Of a stretch of DNA of 64,000 nucleotides, positions 19,083-29,483 are shown piece by piece. Source of the stretch: a virus. Where the stretch lies: the IMG/VR virus record IMGVR_UViG_3300031963_000009; one strand, 5' to 3'. The position numbers were made by a program, and so were the translations under genes. Numbering within the stretch: position 1 is the stretch's first letter; the number at the start of each line of letters is the position of its first letter. The notes under the pieces were generated by a model. It had not been told where the DNA came from. It searched no databases and saw only the letters and a list, made by a program, of their open reading frames with translations.

Positions 19083-19259
19083 ATGCAAATTGATCGTGAT
19101 GTCTTGAAGTCCCTTCAAGAACTACAAGAAGATGTTGCCGCAGCCTTTACAGATGAAAACTTTCCAATTAGTGGTGAAGTTTACTGGACTGCTGTAGAGT
19201 GTCTTGCAACTGCAAAACTTGCAGAACTTCGTGGCGAATTGATTGCAGATGAAGTATAA
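19083..19259 (+). CDS. small hypothetical protein (not in ORF track)
   Basis: MQIDRDVLKSLQELQEDVAA..ELIADEV, 58 aa, directly after the promoter. Confidence 0.65.
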   Translation: MQIDRDVLKSLQELQEDVAAAFTDENFPISGEVYWTAVECLATAKLAELRGELIADEV

Positions 19260-19396
19260 GGTCGATTATAAAAAACCAAAGAAAAAAGGTTACAGTAATC
19301 AGAGTGTGATTTTCTTTAATATTGAAGATGCTATCAGGTGGGAAAATCATGTAAAAGAAAACTGTTGTATAAATGTAGAAGTAATTCCGATTTTAA

Positions 19397-20299
19397 ATGA
19401 TGTTTGAGAGAGTAGACTGGACACTGAAAAAAGAGTCAAATAACAAATTAGATTTGTCGAATAATGTTTGTTTTGACTCAATTTTGCAAAATCAAATTGC
19501 AGGTCTTTTTCGCAATAAGGGTCCAGTCTGCAATCAATATGCAGATGAAGGGGTGGTTTATGACATTCTTTCAGAATATTATGAAATTTCTTCCAGACAA
19601 ATTGCAATAGGACTTGGATTGGGAGAGTTGATACCAAGAATCTTTCAACTCTATAGAGACAGAAAGTTCTCTATTATTACTCCCACATGGATGATGGCTA
19701 CAGGATTCTGTGAGATTTACAATATCAATTATGTGGAGGGAATTGATACCTCTGCTGACGTATTGTATATTGCGAATCCTAATGGAATGACAGGGGAATA
19801 TACACATCCAGACAAGATACGAGAGCTATTTTCTCAATTTGAATTAGTAATCATTGATGAAGCCTACGCAGAGTTTTGTGTGGAAATTGATTGTTCTCTA
19901 ATTTCTTCCGCAATAACTCTTGATAATGTGATCGTATGTAAAACCTTGAGTAAAAGTCTTGCTTTACCTGGACTTAGATTTGGATATTGTTTTTCTAATG
20001 AAAAAACGATTTATGAGATCCAAAAAGTAAGACCTTCTGGTGTATGTAATACTATCATTCCTAGTATTGGAATAGAACTTTTTGAACTAATTCCTCAACA
20101 TGTAAAAAGGATGTTAGACTGTAGAACGTATATCCAACGTAAATATGATTGTGTTCCATCGCACTCTAATTTTGTTTTGTTGAAGAACAAAGAAAAGTTT
20201 TTAGATTTTGTAAAATATAAAACTATCAATGGTCTACATAGAATGTCCCTTTTAGATTACAGTTCTTTTAGATATTATGAAGAGATTTCAAACCTTTGA
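19397..20299 (+). CDS. PLP-dependent class I/II aminotransferase (HisC/CobD-like)
   Basis: IANPNGMTG, IIDEAYAEF, KTLSKSLALPGLRFGY. Confidence 0.85.
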   Translation: MMFERVDWTLKKESNNKLDLSNNVCFDSILQNQIAGLFRNKGPVCNQYADEGVVYDILSEYYEISSRQIAIGLGLGELIPRIFQLYRDRKFSIITPTWMMATGFCEIYNINYVEGIDTSADVLYIANPNGMTGEYTHPDKIRELFSQFELVIIDEAYAEFCVEIDCSLISSAITLDNVIVCKTLSKSLALPGLRFGYCFSNEKTIYEIQKVRPSGVCNTIIPSIGIELFELIPQHVKRMLDCRTYIQRKYDCVPSHSNFVLLKNKEKFLDFVKYKTINGLHRMSLLDYSSFRYYEEISNL

Positions 20300-21023
20300 T
20301 GGAACAAGTGGAAAAGATTTAATTAATTCTACACTTAAAAGCATAGAACTAAATATAACCACTACATGTAATCGATCTTGTTCTTTTTGTCCACATTCAT
20401 GGGGATTCAAAAAAGAAGATACAAGGGAGAAATTTGTTTCATTGGATATCGTAGATAGATTTATTGAATGGTTATCAGACTATGATAATCAAATTACGTT
20501 ATGTGGTCTTGGTGAGCCCACTATGCACCCACAGATTAATGATATCCTTGATAAATTCCAAAAACTAAACAACAAAATTATTCTTGTAACTAATGGATAT
20601 AAACTAAAAGATGTTGTAAATCATTTGGGTAAAATTCGTGCAAGGGTAAGTCTATATGAAACTATGGATTTGCCGAATATTGATTGTGATATTTTGGATT
20701 ACACAAATCAAGGAGAAAATGAATACTTCAATAATAGAAGTTATGGTGAAGGGATAACTAAATCATGTTATCTTCCATCATATAAAATGGTAGTAGATAC
20801 CAATGGTGGAATTTTACCTTGTGACAATAACTGGCAAGAAATTTTATACCTTGCCAATATCCAGGAGGACACATTAGAGTATGCATGGTTGGAAAAATTC
20901 GGACCATTCAGACTAAACTGTTCCAAAGATAGAAAGTTGAATGATTACTGCAAGTCTTGTAATGCACATGGAACTCTCTATGGGGAAAGTGAAATGAGGC
21001 TCTTGACAACTGACCAAATCTGA
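20277..21023 (+). CDS. radical SAM protein with SPASM/twitch domain
   Basis: CNRSCSFC (CX3CX2C), GLGEP, TNG, C-terminal CYLP..PCD..CKSC. Confidence 0.88.
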   Translation: MKRFQTFDGTSGKDLINSTLKSIELNITTTCNRSCSFCPHSWGFKKEDTREKFVSLDIVDRFIEWLSDYDNQITLCGLGEPTMHPQINDILDKFQKLNNKIILVTNGYKLKDVVNHLGKIRARVSLYETMDLPNIDCDILDYTNQGENEYFNNRSYGEGITKSCYLPSYKMVVDTNGGILPCDNNWQEILYLANIQEDTLEYAWLEKFGPFRLNCSKDRKLNDYCKSCNAHGTLYGESEMRLLTTDQI

Positions 21024-21026
21024 ACT

Positions 21027-21239
21027 ATGATGCATATGTACAAAATCAATTATGAATCCTTGAAGGAAGTTCCAGTAAAAACAACTCCAAAAAATGTACA
21101 AGAAGCCAATGAAGCTTTATTTCATGCACGAATGACTATTCCTGCCGCTGCTAAACACTGTGGAATGACCACCAAAGAAATGAAGTTGACATTTCACGAG
21201 TTTCTGAAGTATAATCCTCCTATCTACAAACAAGAGTAG
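21027..21239 (+). CDS. small hypothetical protein, possible helix-turn-helix
   Basis: MTIPAAAKHCGMTTKEMK. Confidence 0.6.
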   Translation: MMHMYKINYESLKEVPVKTTPKNVQEANEALFHARMTIPAAAKHCGMTTKEMKLTFHEFLKYNPPIYKQE

Positions 21240-21249
21240 AACTTTTCTT

Positions 21250-21333
21250 GGGAGCGTGGCGGAAGTGGTAGACGCACCGGACTTAAAATCCGTTGGGAGC
21301 AATCCCGTGAGAGTTCAAGTCTCTCCGTTCCTA
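21250..21333 (+). tRNA. trnL: tRNA-Leu(TAA)
   Basis: acceptor GGGAGCG/CGTTCCT, anticodon loop CTTAAAA, long variable arm, GTTCAAG T-loop. Confidence 0.95.
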
Positions 21334-21338
21334 CTTTA

Positions 21339-21345
21339 ATAAATA
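21339..21345 (+). promoter_or_regulatory. late promoter upstream of cpeT
   Basis: ATAAATA 20 nt before the ATG. Confidence 0.6.
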
Positions 21346-21364
21346 AATCAAAATATTTCTGATC

Positions 21365-21844
21365 ATGACTATTAAAGCTAAGTTCATTTCATATTTTGAA
21401 GGTTACTTTAACAATCAAAAACAAGCTTTCCACATGCCCAGAGAGTTTGCACTTATTGAAGTAAATCATACTAAAATTTCTGCAAATAAATTTAGAGTAA
21501 CTCAAAAGTATATCATTGATCAACATCCATATAGACAATCAATTATTGAAGTAACTCAAAAAGACGGAAAAATCATCTTAAAATCATATAGAGATACAGA
21601 AGATCAACCTTATTTGAGTGGATGTGATGTAGAATTTGAATATAATGAAGAAAAGGATGAGTTTCATGGACAAAACACTTGTAAAGAGTGTTTCATTGAA
21701 AAAAATGGTAAAAACACATATCTAGTTACTGAAGCTTATCTCGGAAAAGATTACTATACAGTAATTGATAAAGGATATGATCCCGAAACAGATTCTCAAG
21801 TTTGGGGTTCATATCACGGACATTTCCTATTTGATAGGAAATAA
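21365..21844 (+). CDS. cpeT: CpeT/CpcT-like phycobilin lyase
   Basis: GYFNNQKQA..PYRQ..GCD..C..NGKNTYL..DKGYDPET..VWGS. Confidence 0.88.
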   Translation: MTIKAKFISYFEGYFNNQKQAFHMPREFALIEVNHTKISANKFRVTQKYIIDQHPYRQSIIEVTQKDGKIILKSYRDTEDQPYLSGCDVEFEYNEEKDEFHGQNTCKECFIEKNGKNTYLVTEAYLGKDYYTVIDKGYDPETDSQVWGSYHGHFLFDRK

Positions 21845-21864
21845 TCGGAGAAATCCGATTTTTA
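21843..21864 (+). terminator. hairpin/terminator after cpeT
   Basis: AATCGGA-GAAA-TCCGATT followed by TTT. Confidence 0.55.
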
Positions 21865-21865
21865 C

Positions 21866-21939
21866 GCCTTCGTAGCTCAGTTGGATAGAGCAGGGCTTTT
21901 GTAAAGCTCAGGTCGCAAGTTCAAGTCTTGTCGGGGGCT
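21866..21939 (+). tRNA. trnT: tRNA-Thr(TGT)
   Basis: acceptor GCCTTCG/CGGGGGC, TAGCTCAGTTGG D-arm, anticodon loop TTTGTAA, GTTCAAG T-loop. Confidence 0.95.
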
Positions 21940-21959
21940 TTGAGTTAATAAAAACTTAA

Positions 21960-22130
21960 ATGTCTTTACTATCACAAAAAGATAGGGAAATCACTATCGC
22001 CGCATTGGAAAACTACCTAATGAAACTGAGGTTAGAATCTCAGTTTGATGATTCTAAAATTACAGAAACAAACTCTCTTTTAAATTGGATTAAATTAGAC
22101 TACCAAAAGAATAATTTATCAGGAAACTAA
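21960..22130 (+). CDS. small hypothetical protein (not in ORF track)
   Basis: MSLLSQKDREITIAALENY.., 56 aa. Confidence 0.55.
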   Translation: MSLLSQKDREITIAALENYLMKLRLESQFDDSKITETNSLLNWIKLDYQKNNLSGN

Positions 22131-22154
22131 AACAAAATAAGTAAAAATACTTAG

Positions 22155-22766
22155 ATGAAATCGGATTTTTATATAGATAGAGTTAGTAAAGATGAAATTA
22201 AAGATCTTCTTTATACTCATCATTACTTAAAAGATGAATCCAAAGATTTCAAATCTGGGTATAACTATGGACTTTTCAAGCATCCAGACTGGGAATGCCC
22301 TCTTAGACTTGGCGGGTGCCTTGGTGCTTGCGTTTTTACTGGTCTCCCAGTTCCAGAAATAGCAGTAGGAGCATTTGGATTAGATCGTAATGAACAACAA
22401 GGAATCTTTGAACTCTCCAGACTTTGCATCGAACCTAGTACGCAGTCATGCGAATATAACATCACTTCTTGGTTTGTGTCACGAGCGATTAGACAACTTC
22501 GGAAAGATACTGAAGTTAAAGCGATCATCTCTTACGCTGATAACAGTCACCATGTTGGTACAATCTATCGCGCTTGCAACTTTAAGTATTACGGTCTCAC
22601 GGATAGAAAAAAAGATTTCTATTATTCAGACGGAACTAAACACTCTCGTGGAAAAGTAAAAGGACAAGAGGGTGAATGGAAAAATCGAAGCCAAAAACAC
22701 AGATATGTAATGATCTTTAATAAAGAGTTGAACGATAAACTTGCCTGGAAAGAAGTAAAGTGGTAA
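22155..22766 (+). CDS. Mom-like (GNAT-fold) DNA modification protein
   Basis: FELSRLC..SWFVSRAIRQL..IISYAD..HVGTIYRACNF.Y.G. Confidence 0.72.
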   Translation: MKSDFYIDRVSKDEIKDLLYTHHYLKDESKDFKSGYNYGLFKHPDWECPLRLGGCLGACVFTGLPVPEIAVGAFGLDRNEQQGIFELSRLCIEPSTQSCEYNITSWFVSRAIRQLRKDTEVKAIISYADNSHHVGTIYRACNFKYYGLTDRKKDFYYSDGTKHSRGKVKGQEGEWKNRSQKHRYVMIFNKELNDKLAWKEVKW

Positions 22767-22816
22767 TATATACTTGGTGATACTAACACCGTGACAAATC
22801 CCTTCCGTGTGACTTC

Positions 22817-22845
22817 AAAACCTCCTCTTTTTGGGGAGGTTTTTT
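22817..22845 (+). terminator. intrinsic terminator
   Basis: AAAACCTCCTC-TTTTT-GGGGAGGTTTTTT. Confidence 0.75.
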
Positions 22846-22850
22846 AGTGT

Positions 22851-22857
22851 CTAAATA
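22851..22857 (+). promoter_or_regulatory. late promoter for the giant fibre gene
   Basis: CTAAATA 36 nt before the ATG. Confidence 0.7.
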
Positions 22858-22892
22858 TAAAAAGAATAGATTTGTCACTGTAGGATAACGCA

Positions 22893-25800
22893 ATGCCCCT
22901 AAGTAGATTAGAGAATTTCCTCAAAAATGCTGAAGGTAATATTCTTTATGTAAACCCAGCAGACTTCGATGCTACAGATAGTTTTGAAAATAGAGGTAAC
23001 TCGTTAACCAGACCCTTCAGAACAATTCAAAGAGCATTAATTGAAGCGGCAAGATTTTCATACAGAGAAGGAAGAAATAACGATAAAATTGACACTACGA
23101 CTATCTTAGTTTATCCAGGAACTCACTATATTGATAATAGACCTGGACATTCTATTCAAAATGTAAGTGGATCAGCTGTATTTAAAAAATTAGTAAACGG
23201 TGCGTGGACTACTTCTGGTGCTACCTTAACGGAATTTGATGAAAATTCAAACTTTGATATCTTTGATGAAGATAATGATTTATACAAATATAACTCGGTA
23301 GAAGGCGGTACTATTTTACCAAGAGGAACATCAATCGTTGGATTAGACCTCCGTAAAACTAAAATTCGTCCATTATATGTACCAGATCCATATAACGATA
23401 ATATTGCAAACTCCGCTATTTTCCGAGTAACTGGTACTTGTTACTTCACTGCTTTTACCATATTCGATGCTGATCCTTCAAGAGTCGCTTATAGGGATTC
23501 CACAACAGCAAAAGTAAATCCAAATTTCTCTCACCATAAGTTAACTTGTTTTGAATATGCTGATGGTGTTAATAAAGTAATCCTTGACTCAAATACTACG
23601 GGTCTAACTGACCTTGAAATGTATTATTATAAAATTACTTATGCCTTTGGTGATACATCTGGTAGAGGTTTACCCAACTTCCCAGTAGCTACTGGAACTG
23701 ATTTTGAACCTTCTATTGATGAATATAGAATCGTTGGAGATCTTAGATCCGATGCTATTGGTATTACAAGCATAAAAGCAGGAGATGGTGTAGTCGCTAC
23801 CAAGACTATTTCGGTTAAAACTTCAGAGTCTCATGGATTGTTTAAAGATACCCCAGTGCTAATTGCGGGTATTACTACGAACTTAGAGTCATATAATGGA
23901 TCTTTCTTCGTAGCTGATGTATTAAGTGATACTGAATTTACCTATGTTTCTCCATCACAACCAACAGATCCACTACCAGATGTTGCTACATTTGTAAACT
24001 CATCAGTAATTGTAGAGTCTGATAGTACATCTTCGGCTTCTCCATATATCTTCTCATGTACGTTGAGATCCGTTTATGGTATGAACGGTCTTCATGCAGA
24101 TGGATCAAAAGCAACTGGATTTAAATCCATGTTGACTGCACAATTTACTGGAATTTCTCTACAAAAAGATGATAATGCATTTATACTTTATGATCCAGAA
24201 ACTGGAATTTATAATGACAATTCCACTGTAGCTGATAATGAAAAACCACTACACATAAATTCCAGAGCAATTTATAAGCCTAGTTACGAAAACGTACACA
24301 TGAAGGCATCTAACAATGCCATTATTCAGTGCGTATCTATTTTTGCTATTGGTTATGCAAAACATTTCGTTTCCGAGTCTGGTGGAGACCAGTCCATTAC
24401 AAACTCAAACTCAAACTTTGGTGCAATTTCCCTAGAGTCTTCTGGATTTAGAGGAGAATCTTTTGACAGAGATGATGTAGGATACATCACACACGTTATT
24501 CCACCAAGAGAACCTGCTCCAAGAACTTCAGCAGTTACTTGGTTACCTCTTGACGCACTAAAAATTGTCTCTGCTGCAACAACAAGTAGATTATACATTG
24601 CAAATTACAAATCTGCAGATATTCCACCACCAAGCCAAATTGACAGTTATAAGGTAGGTGGAAAAAGAGGAGAAGAGTTATACTTCTCTACAATTATTGG
24701 TATAGCTCAGAGTACATTCTCTTCTCCAGTATTGATGCAAGTTCCTTCTGGAATTAGTACATCGGCTGAAAAGATCTATACCGTTGGTAGATCAGCAGGT
24801 ATTAATAGTATTTCATCAAATATTATTACTCTTACCTCAAATCACCAGTTATTTAATGGAGAAAAAGTAAGAATTTATAGTGATACAGGAGAACTCCCAT
24901 CAAACGTACAAAATAATAAAATTTATTATGCATTAACTAATGGTGTAGCATCTAATCAAATTAAACTCTCATCTACATTAAATGATGCCAACTCTGGAAA
25001 TAATATTACTGGAATTTCAAATGGAGGGGGAGTAATAACTATTCTAAGTACTGTTTCTGATAAAAATCCAGGAGATGCAGGACACCCAATTCAATATGAT
25101 ACAACTGAAAGACAGTGGTATGTACAAAGTTCCCCAACAACTTCAACTAATAAAATTTACGATGCAATTGTAGGAATCGGAACTAGTGTTCTTGGAGAAG
25201 TTACAGGTGCATGTTACATCTTAAGAAGAGTAGACAATAGAGGTATTGATGAAAGAATTTATAGATTACGTTACGTAATTCCAAAAGAATATCTTAATGC
25301 TAGACCACCAACAGATGGATTTATTCTTCAGGAAACAAAATCAGCTGGTATTGGAAGTGCTTCGTTTGTAAGTTCAAACGTAGAAGATCCCACACAACTA
25401 AAAAATCCAAAGATAATACTAGATGCATCATACCTATCAGGAACCGCAACAATCAAAACAGAGTTACCACATAACTTAGTTGCTGGGGACCTAGTAAAAA
25501 TAACCAATGTTGTAAGTAGTAATAATACAACTGGTTCTAATGAAATACCATACAATGGTAGTTTTATAGTCAATGAAGTTCTAGGTCCAAGAGAATTTAA
25601 TTATATTGGATTAACAAGTAGTCCAGGAACGTTCTTAAATCAGACAAACCAAAGAACCACACAACAACAAATTGAAGCTCTACCTACAGTACAAAGAGAA
25701 AAATACAAAGAAAGTATTTTCATCTATAGAAGTACAGAAATTAAAAAACATATTCCAGGTTCTGATGGCCAGGATGGAATTTATAACTTAACAGCGATTT

Positions 25801-28800
25801 GTGGAAGTATTAGACCAGAAACCTCTGTTGGATTTGGTTTAAGTGAGAAAAGGTTCAATCAAGACGTAAGAAATTTATATCCACAACAAGATAGAGATAA
25901 TTTCAATTCAGATCCACTACCATCTACAAGTTTTGCAGATCTCGATCCACTAGGAAAAATTAGTACTAATGATAAGAGACTCTCAATTACCAAAGAAGCT
26001 CTAAACATTTTCCTTGAAAATAATAGAATAGGATATGCAATTACCGGTGCAACTGTAAGTGGAGTTGGTAATACTACAATTACATTATATACAAATGTTG
26101 AACATGGTTTAAACCAGATTAAATCTTTATCATTGATTAATCCTGGGGCAGGATATAATAATAGTGCTGGTGTTACTAGTACAATATACTCTGCTGACTT
26201 AGTTAATGGTAGTATAAATGGCGAAGGTGCATCCGTAAAAGCAAACATCTCAGTAGGTAATACTATTACTAGTATTTCATTAGTAAATGGTGGTTGTGCT
26301 TATGGTGTTGGAAATACCATGACCATATCAGCTTCTCCTGCTGGTTCCCCAACAACATCTGCCGTAGTACAAGTAACAGAAATATTTGATAACGTCGGTG
26401 ATACCTTAGAACTGTCTGGATTTGTTAATCCTGCATATAATGGAATTTTTAGAATTTTATCTGTACCAAATTCCAGATCTGTTCAAATTTTAAATACTGG
26501 ATTAGGAACAGATTCAAGTGCTGCAGCATACAGACAAAGAACAGACTCCAGATATCCAATAGCCACATTAGTTTCCAATGGGGTCGGTATAACCACTATA
26601 TCATACACTAAAGAAACTGGTATAGCGACAGTAACATGTTTAAGTGCTCATGGACTCATTCCAGGAAATACTTTCAAACTGGTTGGAACAGGAAGTACAT
26701 TCTTCAGTGAAAAATTCTTTGTAAATGAATCTGTTGGCATTAATACATTTAATTTTAGTGCAGGAATTTCCACAATTTCTCATACTACTTCTTCAAGTGG
26801 AATGACCGTACACAAATATGGAATTTCTGCTAATGCAAGGGCTTTAGGAGCTGGTGAGGAGAATTTAGGTGGAAGAGGATCATACATTTATGCAGGAATT
26901 ACTACAACTCTAAGTGGAAATATTAGTAATACTACGACGACATTATCTCTAACATCTGCAAATGGATTCAAAAAGGGTGATTATATTTTAATCAACTCCG
27001 AAATTTTAAGAATTACTTCAGATCCAGTAGGAAATTCAATCACCGTATCTAGAGGACAATTCTCTACTTCAGTTTCATCTGCACTTTCTGGATCTTCTGT
27101 TAGAAAGATCCGTGTCTTGCCTATGGAAATTCGCAGACACTCTATTCTTCGTGCATCTGGCCATACTTTTGAATATCTTGGATATGGTCCAGGTAACTAT
27201 TCAACAGGTTTACCTGTAAAACAGAATCGTGTGTTGAGTGAGGATGAGGTTCTAATCTCACAAGCAAGAGAACAAGATGGTGGTACTGTCGTTTACACTG
27301 GAATGAACGATAGAGGAGAGTTCTATTCTGGTGCAACTAAAATTAATGGTGCAACAGGAGAAGAAACTGTTATTGAGGCTCCTATTGTTACATTTTTTGG
27401 AGAAGATGAGACCGACACTGACGTTAATAATAAACTCAGTGGAGTTTTTGATGATTTAGTTGTAAAAGAAAGAATTACTATTGAAGGTGGTGAAAACAAT
27501 AACCAAACATCACAGTTCTATGGTCCTGTAAACTTTGGACAAAAAGTTACTTGTGCTTCAGAAGATGGACTTGAGACAAGAGATCTATTTGTAAAGGGTA
27601 TCGCATCACAACCAAAACTCATAACTGTTGGACTTGCAACTCCTACAGATCCTAAGAAACCTGGTGATATTTCACTCCTAGCAACTCCAACTCCATCTGG
27701 ATACATTGGACATGTTTATGCTGATGGAGATTGGCGTCGTTGGGGATTAATTTCTCAACAAAAAGATAGAAACTTCTTAAAATTTGATCAAATTGGTGTA
27801 GGATCAAGTGAAGGAGTATACAACTTTACTGATGCTGCAGAAGTTAATGGTACTTTGAAGGTTAAGAATCTTTATGTGGGTGGTGCGGTTACGTTTGCAT
27901 CCAATCAGGCATTCACAGCTGTTACCTATGAAGACATTACTGTTACAAATCAAATTAACTATGCAGGAACTGGATCATCAACTTATACAATCAGACATCC
28001 AGATGCTACATCTATTGCACAATTCCAAAACATAGAAGTTACTGGAACTGCTGCAACATTTACAACTGCAAGAGTAAGACTAGAGAATTCTCTAAATTCC
28101 GTTTTTGCTGGAGTATCTACTTTTGCTGGAACGGTTGAAATAGGAAATCTTGTATGTAGTGCAGGAATTCTAACTGTATTTGAATTAAGAGGAAATCAGA
28201 TCGGTATTGATACAATAACTGTAAGAAACAATGCTTTCATAACATCAGGTATTGTAACTAACTTATATACGAATGTTTCTTCTGCAACCAGTTTCTTCGG
28301 ATATGTGGGTGTTATTACATCTCTAACTGGTCTTGCATGTACATTCACAAATGTTAATGGTACAAATGGATTCCTTAGTGGTCTTCGTGCAACTTCATCA
28401 TTTGCAACACCAAATGCTTTCGTTAATGTTGGAGTAACCACAACACTTTCCGGAACAAGTTTAACTTATACCAGATCTTCAATTGGTTTAGCTACCATCA
28501 CGAACTTAAATTCTACTGACTGGATTGGAGCTCCAACTGCTTATATAAATTCAGGACTTGTAACTGCGATTACCGCAAATTATATTGGCGGTGGTTTAGG
28601 TGGAAATCCACTATCTATTTCAGTCAATAGTGGTGTTATCACATCTCTAACTGGAACCGCAGCAACATTCACAAGTGTAAGAGCATCTTCTAGTTTAGTT
28701 TCTAATGATCTGGTATCATCTCCAGTAGGTGTTATTACAGCATTAAGTGGAGATAGAGCAAACTATACTGGTATTGTTACTGCACAAAGGTACGAATCAA

Positions 28801-29474
28801 CAGTTGCAACTGGAGCTCCACCAATAGTTGTTGCTTCAACTACAAAAGTAACTAATCTGAACGCAGATTTACTGGATGGTTTAGATGAATCAACATTCTT
28901 AAGAAGAACAAATGATGTATGGCATACCAGTCAAGATGGTGATAATAGATTCTATTTCACAACAGACGGAAAAACTTTATATGGATCTGCAAATGGACAT
29001 GAGTTTAGAAACAGTTCAGATTCTGCTAGTTTCATCATAAACAATGATGGAACAGTAAACTTTAGTTCAACTGCAGTATTATCTTCTAATGGAATAACTG
29101 CTACAACAAACGCTCTTGTTGATAAGGTCATTTTAAAGAACTATGCAGAAAGACTCGTAAATGTTGGAAATACTGGTAGTGCTACAACACTAAATCTTGC
29201 CGATGGTAATTTCTTCGCTGCAACATTAAATGCTAACTGTACTTTCACTTTCTCTTTAGGAGTTAATAACGCTTCTGCAACGAGTTTCACATTATTATTA
29301 ACAAATGATGGTACTTCAGGTAGATCAATTGTATGGCCTGCCAGTGTTAAGTGGCCAAACTCAACCGTTCCAACAAGAACCACATCAGCAAATCGTTCGG
29401 ATGTTTATACGTTCTTCACTACTAATGGAGGTGCAAACTGGTATGGTGCCTTAGCACTATATAATTATGCATAA
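22893..29474 (+). CDS. giant tail-fibre/virion structural protein (2193 aa)
   Basis: MPLSRLENFLKNAEGNILYV N-terminus; long Gly/Ser/Thr beta-rich body; NLNADLLDG motif; C-terminal SFTLLL..WPASVKW..T.GGANWYG fibre domain. Confidence 0.8.
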   Translation: MPLSRLENFLKNAEGNILYVNPADFDATDSFENRGNSLTRPFRTIQRALIEAARFSYREGRNNDKIDTTTILVYPGTHYIDNRPGHSIQNVSGSAVFKKLVNGAWTTSGATLTEFDENSNFDIFDEDNDLYKYNSVEGGTILPRGTSIVGLDLRKTKIRPLYVPDPYNDNIANSAIFRVTGTCYFTAFTIFDADPSRVAYRDSTTAKVNPNFSHHKLTCFEYADGVNKVILDSNTTGLTDLEMYYYKITYAFGDTSGRGLPNFPVATGTDFEPSIDEYRIVGDLRSDAIGITSIKAGDGVVATKTISVKTSESHGLFKDTPVLIAGITTNLESYNGSFFVADVLSDTEFTYVSPSQPTDPLPDVATFVNSSVIVESDSTSSASPYIFSCTLRSVYGMNGLHADGSKATGFKSMLTAQFTGISLQKDDNAFILYDPETGIYNDNSTVADNEKPLHINSRAIYKPSYENVHMKASNNAIIQCVSIFAIGYAKHFVSESGGDQSITNSNSNFGAISLESSGFRGESFDRDDVGYITHVIPPREPAPRTSAVTWLPLDALKIVSAATTSRLYIANYKSADIPPPSQIDSYKVGGKRGEELYFSTIIGIAQSTFSSPVLMQVPSGISTSAEKIYTVGRSAGINSISSNIITLTSNHQLFNGEKVRIYSDTGELPSNVQNNKIYYALTNGVASNQIKLSSTLNDANSGNNITGISNGGGVITILSTVSDKNPGDAGHPIQYDTTERQWYVQSSPTTSTNKIYDAIVGIGTSVLGEVTGACYILRRVDNRGIDERIYRLRYVIPKEYLNARPPTDGFILQETKSAGIGSASFVSSNVEDPTQLKNPKIILDASYLSGTATIKTELPHNLVAGDLVKITNVVSSNNTTGSNEIPYNGSFIVNEVLGPREFNYIGLTSSPGTFLNQTNQRTTQQQIEALPTVQREKYKESIFIYRSTEIKKHIPGSDGQDGIYNLTAICGSIRPETSVGFGLSEKRFNQDVRNLYPQQDRDNFNSDPLPSTSFADLDPLGKISTNDKRLSITKEALNIFLENNRIGYAITGATVSGVGNTTITLYTNVEHGLNQIKSLSLINPGAGYNNSAGVTSTIYSADLVNGSINGEGASVKANISVGNTITSISLVNGGCAYGVGNTMTISASPAGSPTTSAVVQVTEIFDNVGDTLELSGFVNPAYNGIFRILSVPNSRSVQILNTGLGTDSSAAAYRQRTDSRYPIATLVSNGVGITTISYTKETGIATVTCLSAHGLIPGNTFKLVGTGSTFFSEKFFVNESVGINTFNFSAGISTISHTTSSSGMTVHKYGISANARALGAGEENLGGRGSYIYAGITTTLSGNISNTTTTLSLTSANGFKKGDYILINSEILRITSDPVGNSITVSRGQFSTSVSSALSGSSVRKIRVLPMEIRRHSILRASGHTFEYLGYGPGNYSTGLPVKQNRVLSEDEVLISQAREQDGGTVVYTGMNDRGEFYSGATKINGATGEETVIEAPIVTFFGEDETDTDVNNKLSGVFDDLVVKERITIEGGENNNQTSQFYGPVNFGQKVTCASEDGLETRDLFVKGIASQPKLITVGLATPTDPKKPGDISLLATPTPSGYIGHVYADGDWRRWGLISQQKDRNFLKFDQIGVGSSEGVYNFTDAAEVNGTLKVKNLYVGGAVTFASNQAFTAVTYEDITVTNQINYAGTGSSTYTIRHPDATSIAQFQNIEVTGTAATFTTARVRLENSLNSVFAGVSTFAGTVEIGNLVCSAGILTVFELRGNQIGIDTITVRNNAFITSGIVTNLYTNVSSATSFFGYVGVITSLTGLACTFTNVNGTNGFLSGLRATSSFATPNAFVNVGVTTTLSGTSLTYTRSSIGLATITNLNSTDWIGAPTAYINSGLVTAITANYIGGGLGGNPLSISVNSGVITSLTGTAATFTSVRASSSLVSNDLVSSPVGVITALSGDRANYTGIVTAQRYESTVATGAPPIVVASTTKVTNLNADLLDGLDESTFLRRTNDVWHTSQDGDNRFYFTTDGKTLYGSANGHEFRNSSDSASFIINNDGTVNFSSTAVLSSNGITATTNALVDKVILKNYAERLVNVGNTGSATTLNLADGNFFAATLNANCTFTFSLGVNNASATSFTLLLTNDGTSGRSIVWPASVKWPNSTVPTRTTSANRSDVYTFFTTNGGANWYGALALYNYA

Positions 29475-29483
29475 TTGATCTAA

